Shown: positions 26,246 through 40,779 of the stretch, in pieces | How positions within the stretch are numbered: position 1 is the first letter of the stretch | How the letters are laid out: each line of letters begins with the position of its first letter | Assembly: GCF_006345805.1 (NCBI RefSeq) | Contig: NC_043007.1 | Coordinates: forward strand, 44,826,001 to 44,890,000 | Direction: 5' to 3' | DNA from: Octopus sinensis | Lineage: Eukaryota | DNA: 64,000 bases | Translations under genes and position numbers: made by a program | The notes under the pieces: model-generated | Database searches by the model: none | What the model was told of the DNA's origin: nothing | Seen by the model: the letters and a program-made list of their open reading frames with translations, nothing else

Positions 26246-29200
26246 ATGCAAATGAAGTGGAGTTGGATAAAGATGGCAGTATGCTGCTATTGGAATGGAA
26301 GCTGGGATTTGATCAACCCCAACTAGGTCAACTGAGTGAGGGTGGTCTGACATTGAAAGACTTGAAACCCTTGAGATCCCAGAAACATCTCTGATGATGC
26401 ATCCCAAGGCATTCATAAGATATATCTTGGAGCATAAATATATATATCTTGTCGGTAATACATATATCCGAAAAAGAAGCACACTCTAAATTATAGGGCA
26501 GTATATTATATAAAGTTATAGAGCAGTATATTATATAAATAAAGGGGTGTACTGAGAAAGTATTCTTAAAATGGCATGCTGATAAAATCCCATAAACCAG
26601 CCTTAGCTAACTTTATTTATATATACAGGGTGCAGTGAATGAATTGTCATATGAATTATGCAAAAATGAAAATAACATTGACATCTCATTTTAACAGATA
26701 TATTTACCAAAATAACATAAAAATATCTTGAAATACTAAAGAGTAAATTCATTAAATAAAATTGCCATTAGCTTCAACCACAGCCTCCAGACGACTTCGG
26801 AATCTCCTGGAACTCTTTCGGATGGTCTCCCTGTTTAAGTTGGTGAATACTGTCATAATCCTTCCTTTCAGTTCATCTTTGGTGTTACAAGGAGTTTTGT
26901 TGGTCTTTTGCTCAACTGTGCCCCACACATATTAATCAAGGGGGTTGCAGTCTGGGGAGTCAGGTGGCCAGATGTTAATGGTGATGTGGTTGCAGAAATT
27001 GTCTGACAGCCATGACTGGGTTCTCCTGCTTGTGTGGCATGGTGCAGAGTCCTGTTGCCAGACATAGGGTCTTCCAGCAGCCATCCTCTTGAGCCAGGGC
27101 AGCACTACCCCCTCCAGGCACTTGATGCAGGCCTCTGTGTTGAGAGTGAGGTCATGTGGAAAGATGAATGGAGGCATAACAGCACCATCATTAGTGATCA
27201 CTCCAAACACCATGATGTTGAGTGGATGTTTGATTTTTATCACTCTGGGTACATGTCCTCGGATTGCACTGTCCTCAGATTGACACCCAAAACTCTGAAA
27301 TGTTCGTATTGGAGTTTCCAGCATGAATGCCAAGCAGTACAGCATTTCATTTCCAAATTTCTGGTAGGGTGAATTGCGTCATGGTGCTGTTTTTCTCACA
27401 GACAGTGCCCAACTGACCCTACTGTACTGTGTAATTGACAAAATCGAAACAAACAATGCACATGTGTGAAATTAAGAATATAAAAGGCAACAATTTACCC
27501 ATTGCACTGCTCCTTGTGCTATTGATACTTCAGTTTTTTGCAAATCATCTTACAAAGTAAGGTTGATAATTCTAAGGTATAATGAAAGGAAGAGTGTCAA
27601 CTGGGTTACCAAACATTGCAGTGTCAGTTTCTCTTGGTCTGAGAGGTAGTTGATGCAGGAAATTGTGCCATTATTTGGTTCATAGAATGTTAGAACATTA
27701 CTAGACAGATATATCAATTTATTTGTGTATGTGTGTGCATGTGTGAATGTATGTTTAAGTATGTTCATATTTTATGGTTGTTGTAGATTGAGGAGGGTAA
27801 TGTTGATGTTGACTGTCCTTGTTGATATTATGACTGAATGCAAGTGTTGTGACATCATATCATCATCGTTTAACATCCGTTCTCCATGCTAGCATGGGTC
27901 GGACGGTTCGACTGGGGATCTGGAAAGCCAGAAGGCTGCACCAGGCTCCAGTCTGATCTGACAGTGTTTCTACAGCTGGATGCCCTTCCTAATGCCAACC
28001 ACTCCGTGAGTGTAGCGGGTGCTTTTTACGTGCCACCGGCACAGGTGCCAGACGAGGCTGGCAATGGCCACGATCGGATTGGTGCTTTTTACGTGCCAAT
28101 GGCACGGAAGCTAGTCTAGGAGGCGCTGGCATCGGCCACGTTCGGATGGTGCTTTTACGTGACAATATCGTTGATATTGAAGTATAAATTTTTTTAAAGT
28201 AGGGTAATTATCAAAGCAGAGATGAGGCTATGGGCTGGTTGGGTTTGTCATAAAAGTATTATGGCCTTAGTTGACCAAAAAAAAAAAAAGATAAAAAACT
28301 GGTTTCAGTGAATAGATGTTTAGTTCTCTCCATACCCTCATGCATCTACAATATTCCCTCTAGCCACTTCAATTTATCTCACTATCAGTTGCTACAGTCA
28401 CCATTTCTCCATCTCTATCCCCTCTGTACCACTTATATTCCCCCTCAGTGTTATTTCTGAGTAGGTCTCAATGCATTTTCAACATCATCTATTTTTCTCT
28501 CTCACTCTGACTGTCTCTCTCTCTCTCTCTCTAACTCACTCTTCTTCCTCTTCTTGACTGTTTAAGCATTCATTATGATCAACTTTGATGGTCTGAAAGA
28601 CTCCACCATCTGCCTTTAGTTGAGTTCACACTGGAACTATTCAGCCGGGTCACCAATATGAAGGTACTTTAACACTTCCCTCCCACCAGCCTCATGGCTG
28701 CTGTAAAAGTTTGTGGATACTGATCTTCTCTCCTGACTTATTTAAAAAATTTCATAATTTCTTAAGTGTAGTCATCAGTGCCTATACACTATCTATGATG
28801 ATCATGATGATGATGATGGGGGCAACCCATCAAATAAAAATTGGCCACATTGAATTGGGAAACAATGAATGCCTAGTTTTAACAATATTTTCTGTGTTCT
28901 GAAGGCAGTAATTTAAAAGAAATGATAATGTGCTTAAAAAGATGTGATGGTCACAGCTGGAATACATTTATAGTCTGTTTTTTTAAAGTAGGGTAATTAT
29001 CAAAGCAGAGATGAGGCTATGGGCTGGTTGGGTTTGTCATAAAAGTATTATGGCCTTAGTTGACCAAAAAAAAAAAAAGATAAAAAACTGGTTTCAGTGA
29101 ATAGATGTTTAGTTCTCTCCATACCCTCATGCATCTACAATATTCCCTCTAAAGGCTAAACAACACTTTGTTTTTCTCACTGGCCATTTTCTGCTGTCAG

Positions 29201-32200
29201 TACTGACCTGCTTATATTCGAGCCAAGCAATAGTTTTTAACTGTTTTTTTCTTCACTGATTATAACAGAATAAAAGTATATTTAATAAAATTATTTCAGT
29301 TTTCAAGCCTCTCAGTTCAAATCAGTATCAATTTTTCTTTATTCCTTGAGGTGGTTGATAAAAGATGTTACTAGAAACATACAAACTACTATAATGTAGG
29401 GAAAAAATTACTTTGTACTTAGCCTAAACGAATGGCTATTAGACTTTATTATCTATTGTTTTACTTTTATTTTATTTTAGTTTTATTTATATTTTGTTTT
29501 GTTTTATTTCTAACCAGATGGGACCCAACAGAGGACCAGTTCCACATCATCATGAACCTTACATGTAAGTTTTAGCCTTACTCTTTCCAAATTCTAGATT
29601 ATTTTCAAAATCAGTTACATCATAAGCAAGCATTTCAATGAAAATATATTCATAAAGAAGGTTCCAAGTGACATTTTACAAAGTGGAACAAAACTACTTC
29701 AGGCCCAGGATGGGAAGGTACCTTCTGGAAGTTGAAGAGTTACTTTTTAATTTAGTCTGAAACAATTATTTTCTTGAGATAATCATTTTTCACAAATCAA
29801 TATGATATCTTTTTGATTAGTTCTCTTTTATTTTAACTTTTTAACATTTGTAATAGCGATTCCAAATATTGTATCTGAAACAAGAGTGTGTTATGTGGGT
29901 ATTGAGTGTGTATGTGTATATTTGTATGTATGTGTGTATATACATACATACACATATACATTATGGCTGCCCCCTTGTTATTGAGTATGGTCATTGCATG
30001 AAGCTTAACTGTTACTGGTGCTGTGATCGAATGTGACTTTTTAGCCCAGCTAAAGATCTACAATGTCTTGTACAAAATTGGCAACTAAAACCTTTACTCG
30101 TAATAGCCGGCTGTAGTTGTAACTGGGCTTCATGTACCTTTGCATGTCATATAAGTCCTTCTGCCAAATTACACTCTCTTCTAAATGCCCGACAGATATG
30201 ATTAGTATGGTGTGTTACACCACCACCAGTGGCCAGGTTGTCACTCATATGTCTCGTTTTATGACTACGAAGATGACTCATGAGTCCGGCTTTACTGAGG
30301 CAGGGTCTTGCACAGACATTGCATGTCAGAATCAAAGGAAGGCCCTTCCCTTCTGGAAGTGTAACAGCGATGCCCTTCCTGACATCCCTCCTTACTTTCT
30401 CATGGGCAACTCGAGCTTTCTCAAACGTGGCTGTCCCCTCATGCACAATCCTTCTCCACCCTTGCGGTCAAAACTACTAAAATAAACAAATTGTACCGAA
30501 TGCAAAACTTCAAAGCAAGTCATTTAAAAAAAGAATTTAGTTACATATCACCTGTGATTTCGCAATTAATGCAGAATATGCATTCTATGCTCATCAGTGC
30601 AACAAACTGAAGACATATAAGAAAAAACATAACATTACAAACCCGACAGCCAACCGTAGAATTCGTCGTAGCATGTACGAATGTTTATCTTTACATATCT
30701 ATGAAAATGGCGGGCTTATTCGCAATGCATTTCGGTAACAAATTGCTTATTCAGAACAAAAATTCAGTATTGAACTATTCCGGTGAAAAATATAAATTTA
30801 AAATTGAGGATAAAATCTTTATAAGAAATGATCAGTAGTTAGCGTGAAAAACCTCGTAAGAGAAAAAATCCGTAACTTTTTCCACAACCCGACAGCCAAC
30901 AGCTGTCGGGTTTGTAATGTTATGTTTTTTCTTATATGTCTTGAGTTTGTTGCACCGATAAGCATAGAATGCATATTCTGCATTAATTGCGAAATCACAG
31001 GTGATATGTAATTAAATTCTTTTTTTAAATGACTTGTTTTGAAGTTTTGCATTCGGTACAATTTGTTTATTTTAGTAGTTTTGACCACAAGGGCCCCTCC
31101 TAGTGTGTGGTATCTATGAATAATAGTACCCTCTATATAATATAAATAAATATTTTCGAAGTGGAAAAATTTACGGATTTTTTCTCTTACGAGGTTTTTC
31201 ACGCTAACTACTGATAATTTCTTATAAAGATTTTATCCTCAATTTAAAAAAAAAAATATATATATATATATAGTCACACATAAAATGAGGATAAAAATCC
31301 TGTTAATGATTAATATTAGGTAGTCAGCATGGAATAAAAATTTATAAGCAATTTATATATTAAATTAATAATTAAATTATATATATATATAGATGATAAG
31401 AAAATGGAGGAAAAATGAGAAGTGTGTTGTTGATGCTAAAAAGCCATTATTTAATTAGTTAAGCAAGGTCAGGGTAAGAGTGAGTTTACAGCTATTTCTG
31501 TGTACCATGTTGAGGTAAATATGTATTTACCGTGTTGCAAATGGTAGACGTCATCAGAACGAAAAAAGCTGAGATAGACAAAAAGGAGAAGAGAGCAAAA
31601 GATAGAGGGAAAAATTGGGGAAAACAAAAACGTTCAATGATTCGAAAGTCTTACATTTTAGTTAGGTTCAAAGTTCATTAAATCCATTGTGAAGTAGATG
31701 AAGAACAGAGGTTGGTTGAATCTAAGGTCTCATAGTTAGTTATTAGCATGCCTTCCATGTGGAAGACATCTATCACTTAGAGGGTTTAAACATTTCTAAC
31801 TTATACCTTACATAAATTATGTGTGTGTGTATATATATTATATCATCATCATCATTGTTTAACATCCGCTTTCCATGCTAGCATGGGTTGGACGGTTCAA
31901 CTGAGGTCTGGCAAGCTTGAAGGCTGCACCAGGCCAGTCAGATCTGGCAGTGTTTCTACAGCTGGATGCCCTTCTGAAACTAGTGTGTGCATATATATCT
32001 ACATCTACTATATATGTGTATGTGTGCACATATTTATTTATGTGTAAGTGCATATACATGTGTGTATGTATAGATATAAGTTTACAATATTACAGATATT
32101 GTATTTAAAGCTAGTATGTGTATGTATATGGACCTACAGATTGACAGACCCATCAACAGATGGACTTACTGAGGGACCAATGGATGGACTGGCAAACTAA

Positions 32201-35200
32201 GAATTTATGTGTACTTCTTTTTTATACTTACATATGCTCATGAATAATCAGAAAACCATCTTTAAATTTGAAATTGGCCTGTTTAATTAATTAATTTTAT
32301 TTATTTATTGTTTACTGTTACCCTTTTGAAACAGGCCAGACAAAATAGGACCACCAAACCAAAGATTTAACAACGTACCATCTGTACCTGATAATAGTAA
32401 CGAATTGTTTATGCATGGTCTGCGAGAAAGAGGTGTCAAGTAAGTACTAACTAGACATTATTCCTTTATTCTTCTTCTAATAGTTTCTGGCACAGGGCAT
32501 ATCTATGTAGATGCAAGCATATTTCTTTGGTTAAGTAGTTTGCTTCCCAACTGCTTGGTTTCACATGGTAGTCCTACTGCATGACACTTTTAAGCAGGTG
32601 TTGTCTACAATAATCCTGGCTCAACCAAGGCCTTGTGAGTGGATTTAGTTGATGGATATTGAAAGAAACTTGATGTGCATGTATATGTGTGTGTGTGTAA
32701 GTGATTTTATATTTCCCTTGTTTACATATTTTCATTTGCTGATTGCAAACAATGGTTTTACTCAAGGTGTTGCCCATTTCTAGTTCTTCATGCAAAAATG
32801 TCCAGGGTGTGCTTTTGTTTGTCGGATTGTGAGATCACTATCTCGCTTAGAAACAAGTAGGGTTGGTTACAGGAAAGGCATCCAACTATAGAAAACTGTG
32901 CCACAACATATGCAAGCATAGAATAGTAAGCATTAAAACATTGATGATGCATACATGCATGCATGCACACACACACACACACACACAGGCACAGGTATGG
33001 TATAGGTGCAAAAAAGGCTGTGTAATTAAGGAGCTTGCTTCCTAATCATGGGTTTTGTATTCAGTCCCTCTGTACAACATCTTAGGCAAATATCTTCTGA
33101 CCAATAAAAGTCTTGTGAGTGGATTTGGTAACATATATATATATATATATGAATAATTGAAAATGAAGCTAATTGTATGATTGTATAGATAATGGATTGA
33201 ATGATGACTGTGTGCAAGCAGCCATGCTACACAACAGTGAAACATGGGCTGTGACTGCTGAGGACATGCAAAGGCTTCAAAGAAATAAAGCTAGTATGCT
33301 TTACTGGATGTGCAGTGTCAGTGTGCATGTATGACAGTGTGTAAGCATCTTGAGAGAAAAATTGGGCATGAGGCATCAGATGTGGTGTGTAAAAGAGACA
33401 ACTGTGCTGGGACAGTCACGTGATGCATATAGACGAGGACAGCTGCATAAAGGAGTGCCAATTTCTAATTGTGGCGGGAACATGTGAAAGAGGTTGGAAG
33501 ACATGAAATGAAGTGGTGAAGCATGATCTTCTAATGATGGATCTCACAGAGGCAGTAACATGTGATTGAGACTAGCAACTTGCTGTGCTTGAGAAGACTC
33601 GTCAGGCCAGGTGAAATGGTAATTGTAGCCGGTGAGATGTAAAAGGCCTCCACTATGTACATACCTCATTGCTTTATAGTGCACTTATTTAACTGATCAC
33701 TAAATGAGTGAAGGTAACAATAATAATAATAATAATAATGAAATTATTATATACAGTGCTCAGGTGCACCACAACTTGTCAAAAGTGCATATAAAGCATA
33801 TGCAGTAATGTAAAAATGTCTGGAAAGTGAACAGTGTTTGAGTCAGATACATGCTTGCGTGTGTATGGAGGGGAGAAAATCAGGTTAGGATTTTGAGCTC
33901 AGAACATAGAGACTCAGCTAAATACTCCAAGATCTTTCTATTTGGCTTGTACATCTTCGTTTGATATCCATTTTCTCTTGCAAGCATATGTTGGACTGGG
34001 ATGTCCAACTGGATGCTCTTGTGTATGTGTGAGAGAGAGTATCTATACACATGCATACAGTGACACAAAGACACACACTCACACGATAGATACAGGCATG
34101 CATAGACATTTCACTTACATATGCTCTACATGTGAACACACACACACCCACAGACACATGCACATGCACACACACACATGTGGAACAGGAGCTCCCAATA
34201 ACTATTTATGTTAATAATGCTTTTAATTAAAATGTTTCTAAGGTAGCAGATTGACAGAGTTGTGGGAGTGTTGGATACAGTGTGTTGCACTATTTGTTCT
34301 GACTGTGCACTCTGAGTTCAAACCCTGCCAAGGTCAACTTTGCCTTTCATGCTTTCAAGGTAAAAGTACCAATCAAGAGACATGGTTTAATGGAAATATA
34401 CAATACACACACTATATATGTACAATATCCTGCTCACTATAAAACAGTATCACACATACTATATACAACATTATGCACAATATAAAAGGCATCACCAGCT
34501 CTATATACAATATGACACTATATATGATATCATACACACTATACACAATAACATACTCTACATACAATATCACACGCACACACACACACTCTCTCTCTCT
34601 CTATGTACAACATGGTACGCTATATACAACACCATGTACTATATTTACAACATGATGCACTATATATATATACACAACATCACACATTATGTTGTATATT
34701 ACACATTATATATACAATATCACACTTTCTGTACTAGTGCTTCTCAAAGTGGGCTGTGGAAAATTTTATATGAGTGCTAGTGACAAGGTACTATATGGTG
34801 ATGGATGTATTTATATAATTCTTTTGCTTTTTTGGTCATTGTTTGCTATTTAAATATGAACTATTAAAAATAACATTTTAAATGTATTATGTTTTGGGAT
34901 GGTCATTTATGTTTTCCTTGCTAAATAAACACACACACACTGTATGTCCTTTCTTCACTCATTTATTCTTATTTTATTTTATGTCCATTGTCTGGAAATC
35001 TTGTGTCACACATTTGTGACCTCTTCAGCAACCCAGAGGAAACGTGGATAGAAGAGTAGCTGAAAAGATCACAGATGTGTGATGAAAGATTTCCAGACAA
35101 TTGACATAAGATAAAATAGGAACAATAATAAATGAATGAAGTATGAATATATATAGTGTGTGTTTATTTGGCAAAAAAAAACAAAACAAAAAAAAACCGA

Positions 35201-37755
35201 CCATCCTGAAATATAACAATATCTGTTTCAGCACACAATTTCACATCAGGAATCTTGCAAAACAAATTCATAAACATAATTTTAAACGTAATTTTATAAT
35301 GAACAGCCTGTTAGCCATAATGACAATAATGATAATAACAAGGAGAACATCAACAACAATAATAGAATTCAAAATGTGAATAACTAAATAAACAAAGCCA
35401 GAATATATATAATTTTTGTAAGTAAATTATAAGCGATAAACAAAAGTATTATTCAATTTGTGGGTTGTTCTATACATGCAATAAAGATGGCCAGTGCACC
35501 TACTGTATCAGGTAACATCCTGTCATTGTGTGTACATATATATATATATATATCATCATCATTTTTTAATGTCCGCTTTCCATGCTGGCATTAGTTGGAC
35601 GGCTTTGACTGAGGATTGGTGAGCCAGAAGGCTGCACCAGGCTCAATCTGATCAGGCAAGGTTCCTGCAGCTGGATGCCCTTCCTAACACCAACCACTCT
35701 GAGAGTGTTGTGGGTGCTTTTATGTGCCACCAGCACGAGGGCCAGTCAGGTGGTTCTGGCAACAAACACGCTCAAAAGGTGTTTTCACGTGCTACCTGCA
35801 CGGGAGCCAGTCCAGCGGCACTGGCAATGATCACGTTCAAATGTTGTTTTTCATGTGCCACTGGCACATGTGCTGGTAAGGTGACGCTGGCAACAATTAC
35901 ACTCGAATGGTGCTTTTTACATGCCATTGGCATGGGGGCCAATCTGTGGCCTTGGCAACAATCACGCTCGGATGTGCTTTTAATGTTCCACTGGCATGAG
36001 TGCCAATCAGGCGGTACTGTCATCAGCCACATCAGCGATTTGGATTTCATTTCACTTGCCTCAATAGGTCTCTTCGCAAGCAAAGTTTATTGTCCAGTGA
36101 ATGAGGGGTACTCATCAGTGGGCTGGTTACACCCCACTTTCGGATGTGCTTTTACTGTTCCACTGGCACAATTGCCGATCAGGCAGTACTGTTATCGGCC
36201 ATGTCAGTGAATTTGATTTGATTTCACTTGCCTCAATAGGTCTTCACAAGCAAAGTTTATTGTCCTGTGAATGAGGGGTATTCATAAGTGGCCTGGTTAA
36301 ACCCACTGGCATAGGCCATGGGCTATGGTCTCACTTGGCTGTCAGGTCTTCTCAAGCACAGCATATTTCCAAAGTCATTGCCTCGGTAAGGCATAATGTT
36401 CAAAGGTCATGCTTCATCACCTCATCCCAGGTTTTCCTGGGTTTACATCTTCCACAGATTCCCTCAACTTCTACGGTGACACTTTTTCACACAGCTGTCC
36501 TCATTCATTCGCATCACATGACCATACCAGTGCTGTCATCTCTCTTGCACACCACATCTGATGCTTCTTAAAGCCAACTTTTCCCTCAGGGTGCTTACAC
36601 TCTGTCCAATGGAGCATACTGGCTTCATTCCTTGCAAACCTCCACATATATATATATATATATATCATCATCATTTTTTAATGTCCGCTTTCCATGCTGG
36701 CATTAGTTGGACGGCTTTGACTGAGGATTGGTGAGCCAGAAGGCTGCACCAGGCTCAATCTGATCAGGCAAGGTTCCTGCAGCTGGATGCCCTTCCTAAC
36801 ACCAACCACTCTGAGAGTGTTGTGGGTGCTTTTATGTGCCACCAGCACGAGGGCCAGTCAGGTGGTTCTGGCAACAAACACGCTCAAAAGGTGTTTTCAC
36901 GTGCTACCTGCACGGGAGCCAGTCCAGCGGCACTGGCAATGATCACGTTCAAATGTTGTTTTTCATGTGCCACTGGCACATGTGCTGGTAAGGTGACGCT
37001 GGCAACAATTACACTCGAATGGTGCTTTTTACATGCCATTGGCATGGGGGCCAATCTGTGGCCTTGGCAACAATCACGCTCGGATGTGCTTTTAATGTTC
37101 CACTGGCATGAGTGCCAATCAGGCGGTACTGTCATCAGCCACATCAGCGATTTGGATTTCATTTCACTTGCCTCAATAGGTCTCTTCGCAAGCAAAGTTT
37201 ATTGTCCAGTGAATGAGGGGTACTCATCAGTGGGCTGGTTACACCCCACTTTCGGATGTGCTTTTACTGTTCCACTGGCACAATTGCCGATCAGGCAGTA
37301 CTGTTATCGGCCATGTCAGTGAATTTGATTTGATTTCACTTGCCTCAATAGGTCTTCACAAGCAAAGTTTATTGTCCTGTGAATGAGGGGTATTCATAAG
37401 TGGCCTGGTTAAACCCACTGGCATAGGCCATGGGCTATGGTCTCACTTGGCCTGTCAGGTCTTCTCAAGCACAGCATATTTCCAAAGTCATTGCCTCGGT
37501 AAGGCATAATGTTCAAAGGTCATGCTTCATCACCTCATCCCAGGTTTTCCTGGGTTTACATCTTCCACAGATTCCCTCAACTTCTACGGTGACACTTTTT
37601 CACACAGCTGTCCTCATTCATTCGCATCACATGACCATACCAGTGCTGTCATCTCTCTTGCACACCACATCTGATGCTTCTTAAAGCCAACTTTTCCCTC
37701 AGGGTGCTTACACTCTGTCCAATGGAGCATACTGGCTTCATTCCTTGCAAACCTC

Positions 37756-37790
<35 letters not shown>

Positions 37791-39724
37791 TTAATACAGA
37801 TTTATCTAATCTGGTAGTAACCACAGAAAAGCTCCTTTAGTGGGACAGGCTACAAACCACACAATGGTTGTTTTCCTATGGATACCAACTGGTGAAATTT
37901 ATTTCATACCTTCTGACTTTCTTTATATTCAATACATACATATGTACGTACGAATGTATGTATATATAGATTGTAGCAAGAGTAGATTGAAGAAATGTTA
38001 GTAAAAGGAAGGAACATTAGTTTGAAAAGCTTGAGAAGCCCTGCTCTATACAATATCACAAACATATATATATCGTTTACTCTACAGTATGACATGCACT
38101 GTCAAATCCTTAAAAACTGGGATTCCTTAGAATCATATCTTACCCCCACATGACCACTCAAGTAAGGAAGCCCACTTAGAATCTATTAAAATAAGACATG
38201 TTGAATTTTATTCTTGCAGATGTTGTGAGGCAACACATTATCGAGAGAAGAAAAATGGCAAGGAATTAACTGTTGTGAAAGGAGAAGTTCTTGAAGTAAG
38301 TATAAATTACATTTAGTCACATATATCTGATTAGCTGTTGATTAGTTTCCATTGAGAATGTCTTCACTTCATTAGATATGTATAATTTTTGTTTTTGTAA
38401 TGGACATTTGGTGGAATTGATAATATAATGTATATCATCATCATTATTTAACATTCTTATTTCTTGCATTTACTGTTAGATTGATGTATTATTGTTATTG
38501 ATGTTGGTGATGTTTAGCTCTTAGTCAATCTTGATTTAGCTTATTGGTAAATCTTGATTTGGCCCTTATTGGTAAAGATTGCCTTCGGTCATGAATGACC
38601 ATGGGATTGTACTTAGAAGGTTCCCCTCTAAGGCACAAATCTGGTCAAGGTTGTTTTATGAATGACCAGCTGTCACCCATGTATATCAACCTCTCCTCTC
38701 CATGCTACTGATGTTATCCAAGAGAAAGGCAAAGGCCTATACAGGGATATCACAACTTGTTTCTACAGCTGAGTGAACTGGAGCAGCATGAAATAAAGTG
38801 TCTTGCCCAAGAACACAACACACAGCCCAGTCCAGGAATTAAACTTGCTACCTCATGATTGTGAGCCCAATGCTCTAACCACTGAGCCATGCGCCTTCAG
38901 TATGGTATTTATTAGATTGGTATTTGTTTTACTAATTTATTAATAGACAAAGTAGACCAAAGTTCACCATGGAATGAAAAGAAAGTAGACAAAAACACTC
39001 TAAGAGCCTTTACTGTTTGTATTGGCTCACTGCCACTTGAATTAATGAGAGAGGCTATATGTGGATGTTTGATGTGCTAAAAGCAGCAGTTAAATTTACC
39101 ACATATTACACTTTAATATCTTGAAAAGGGAGCAACACATTGGATAGTGCAGTCCTTATTATCCAGTTCCTGAAAGAACAACATGATAATAACTTGAATA
39201 TCTTCAATCAAAGGGTTTTCTTAATCAGGGCTGGCTTAGAGCTAAACAACAATGTACTGTCACTGAGAAAAGAATTTCAGGAAATAATATATAATTGAAA
39301 AATATAAGTTTGGAGATAAAGTACATCAACAACAAATAATTATATTCAAACTTTCACTTAGTGGGAGTAATTTTGTCAAACATCTTAGTTTATTGTACAA
39401 TATTTCATTATAATGCTTTGTATGTATGTGCATGTATATCATCATCATTATTTAACATCCATTTTTCATGCTGGCATGGGTTGGATTGTTTAGCAGGATC
39501 TGTTTGGCTTCAGAGCTGCTTAGAGGTTATTTACATACGTATATGTATAGCTCCCCCTGCCCCACACACATAGGCACACACACACACATAGGCATGACCA
39601 TGTGGTTAAGATGCTTGGTGCCTAACCATATGGTTTCAGGTTTTCCCTGTGCTGCATTGGGGCAAGTGACTAGTGAAGGGTCTCATGATTGGGTTTGGCA
39701 GACAAACTGAAAAGAAGTCCTTTA

Positions 39725-39767
<43 letters not shown>

Positions 39768-40733
39768 TCGTCAGTATCAACACCAAGTAGTGCTTCGGCA
39801 TAAGCAAACTTTAGGTTAGTTAAAATATGTTTGTGACAAATAGCATCCCACAAACACTGCAAAGCATCATGGTAGTACTCCTTGTTTACTGTCTGTCGAG
39901 GTGGAACATACTCTTGATAAACAATCCCCTTGTAGTCGAAGAAAACAGTCAACAGTGTCTTCACATTGCTTCAACTCATTCGTGCTTTCTTTGGTCTTGG
40001 GGTGGTTGAGGTCTTCCACTGTGAAGACTAACCCTTTGTTTTGGTACCATAACCATAGACCTATGATTCATTACTAGTTATGACTGTTTTGAAAAAGTTT
40101 TCATTGTTCTGCACGATAACTCATGGATGGTGATTTGAAGATCTCCCCTCACAGCTACATGTACATCTGCAATGTTTTTCTCAGTTCTGCTGTTTGTGGG
40201 TCTCTCAGAATGTTTGTCACTAGCAACATTTTTTCAGCCATCTTGGAAACGTCTGAACTACTCACACACTTGTGTACAGCTCATACATTCCTCTCCATAC
40301 ACTTTCTGCAACTTTGCATAGTCCTCTGAGAAGGTATCACCATCTTTTGGCAAAATTTGATGCAGATTCTCTGTTTAACATGGTCAATGCAGCAATCACA
40401 TACTACACACGTTCCTTCCAAGCACTGCTGTAAAGAGCAGAAGTGAGCCAGAATGTTAAAATTTAGTGTGCATGCACAGCAGAGTTCAAGGTCAAACTGT
40501 GTCAAGTGGCTTCACTCTGCATGCTTTAGCTTTGTTACTAATGGCAACAATCCAGATACTTATTGATCAGACCATGTATTTCAACTTCTAAAGGATTCTC
40601 AAAGCGAGCAGCACTGGATAGATGTTTTTAAACATTTCATCATGGGAGAGAACATTTGCTCCACAGTAACTGCAGTGAATTTGTCTTTAGAAGTTGAAAT
40701 ATGTCACAATCATGTTTCCACTACCCAAAAGTT

Positions 40734-40779
<46 letters not shown>

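Noticed and set aside
26388-26475. CTGATGA at 26391 with a distant GAAA
   Set aside because: No consistent helix II/III or helix I could be drawn.
32140-32200. Possible extra exon after cctacAG upstream of exon l
   Set aside because: No donor site and an in-frame stop; exons k and l already join in phase.
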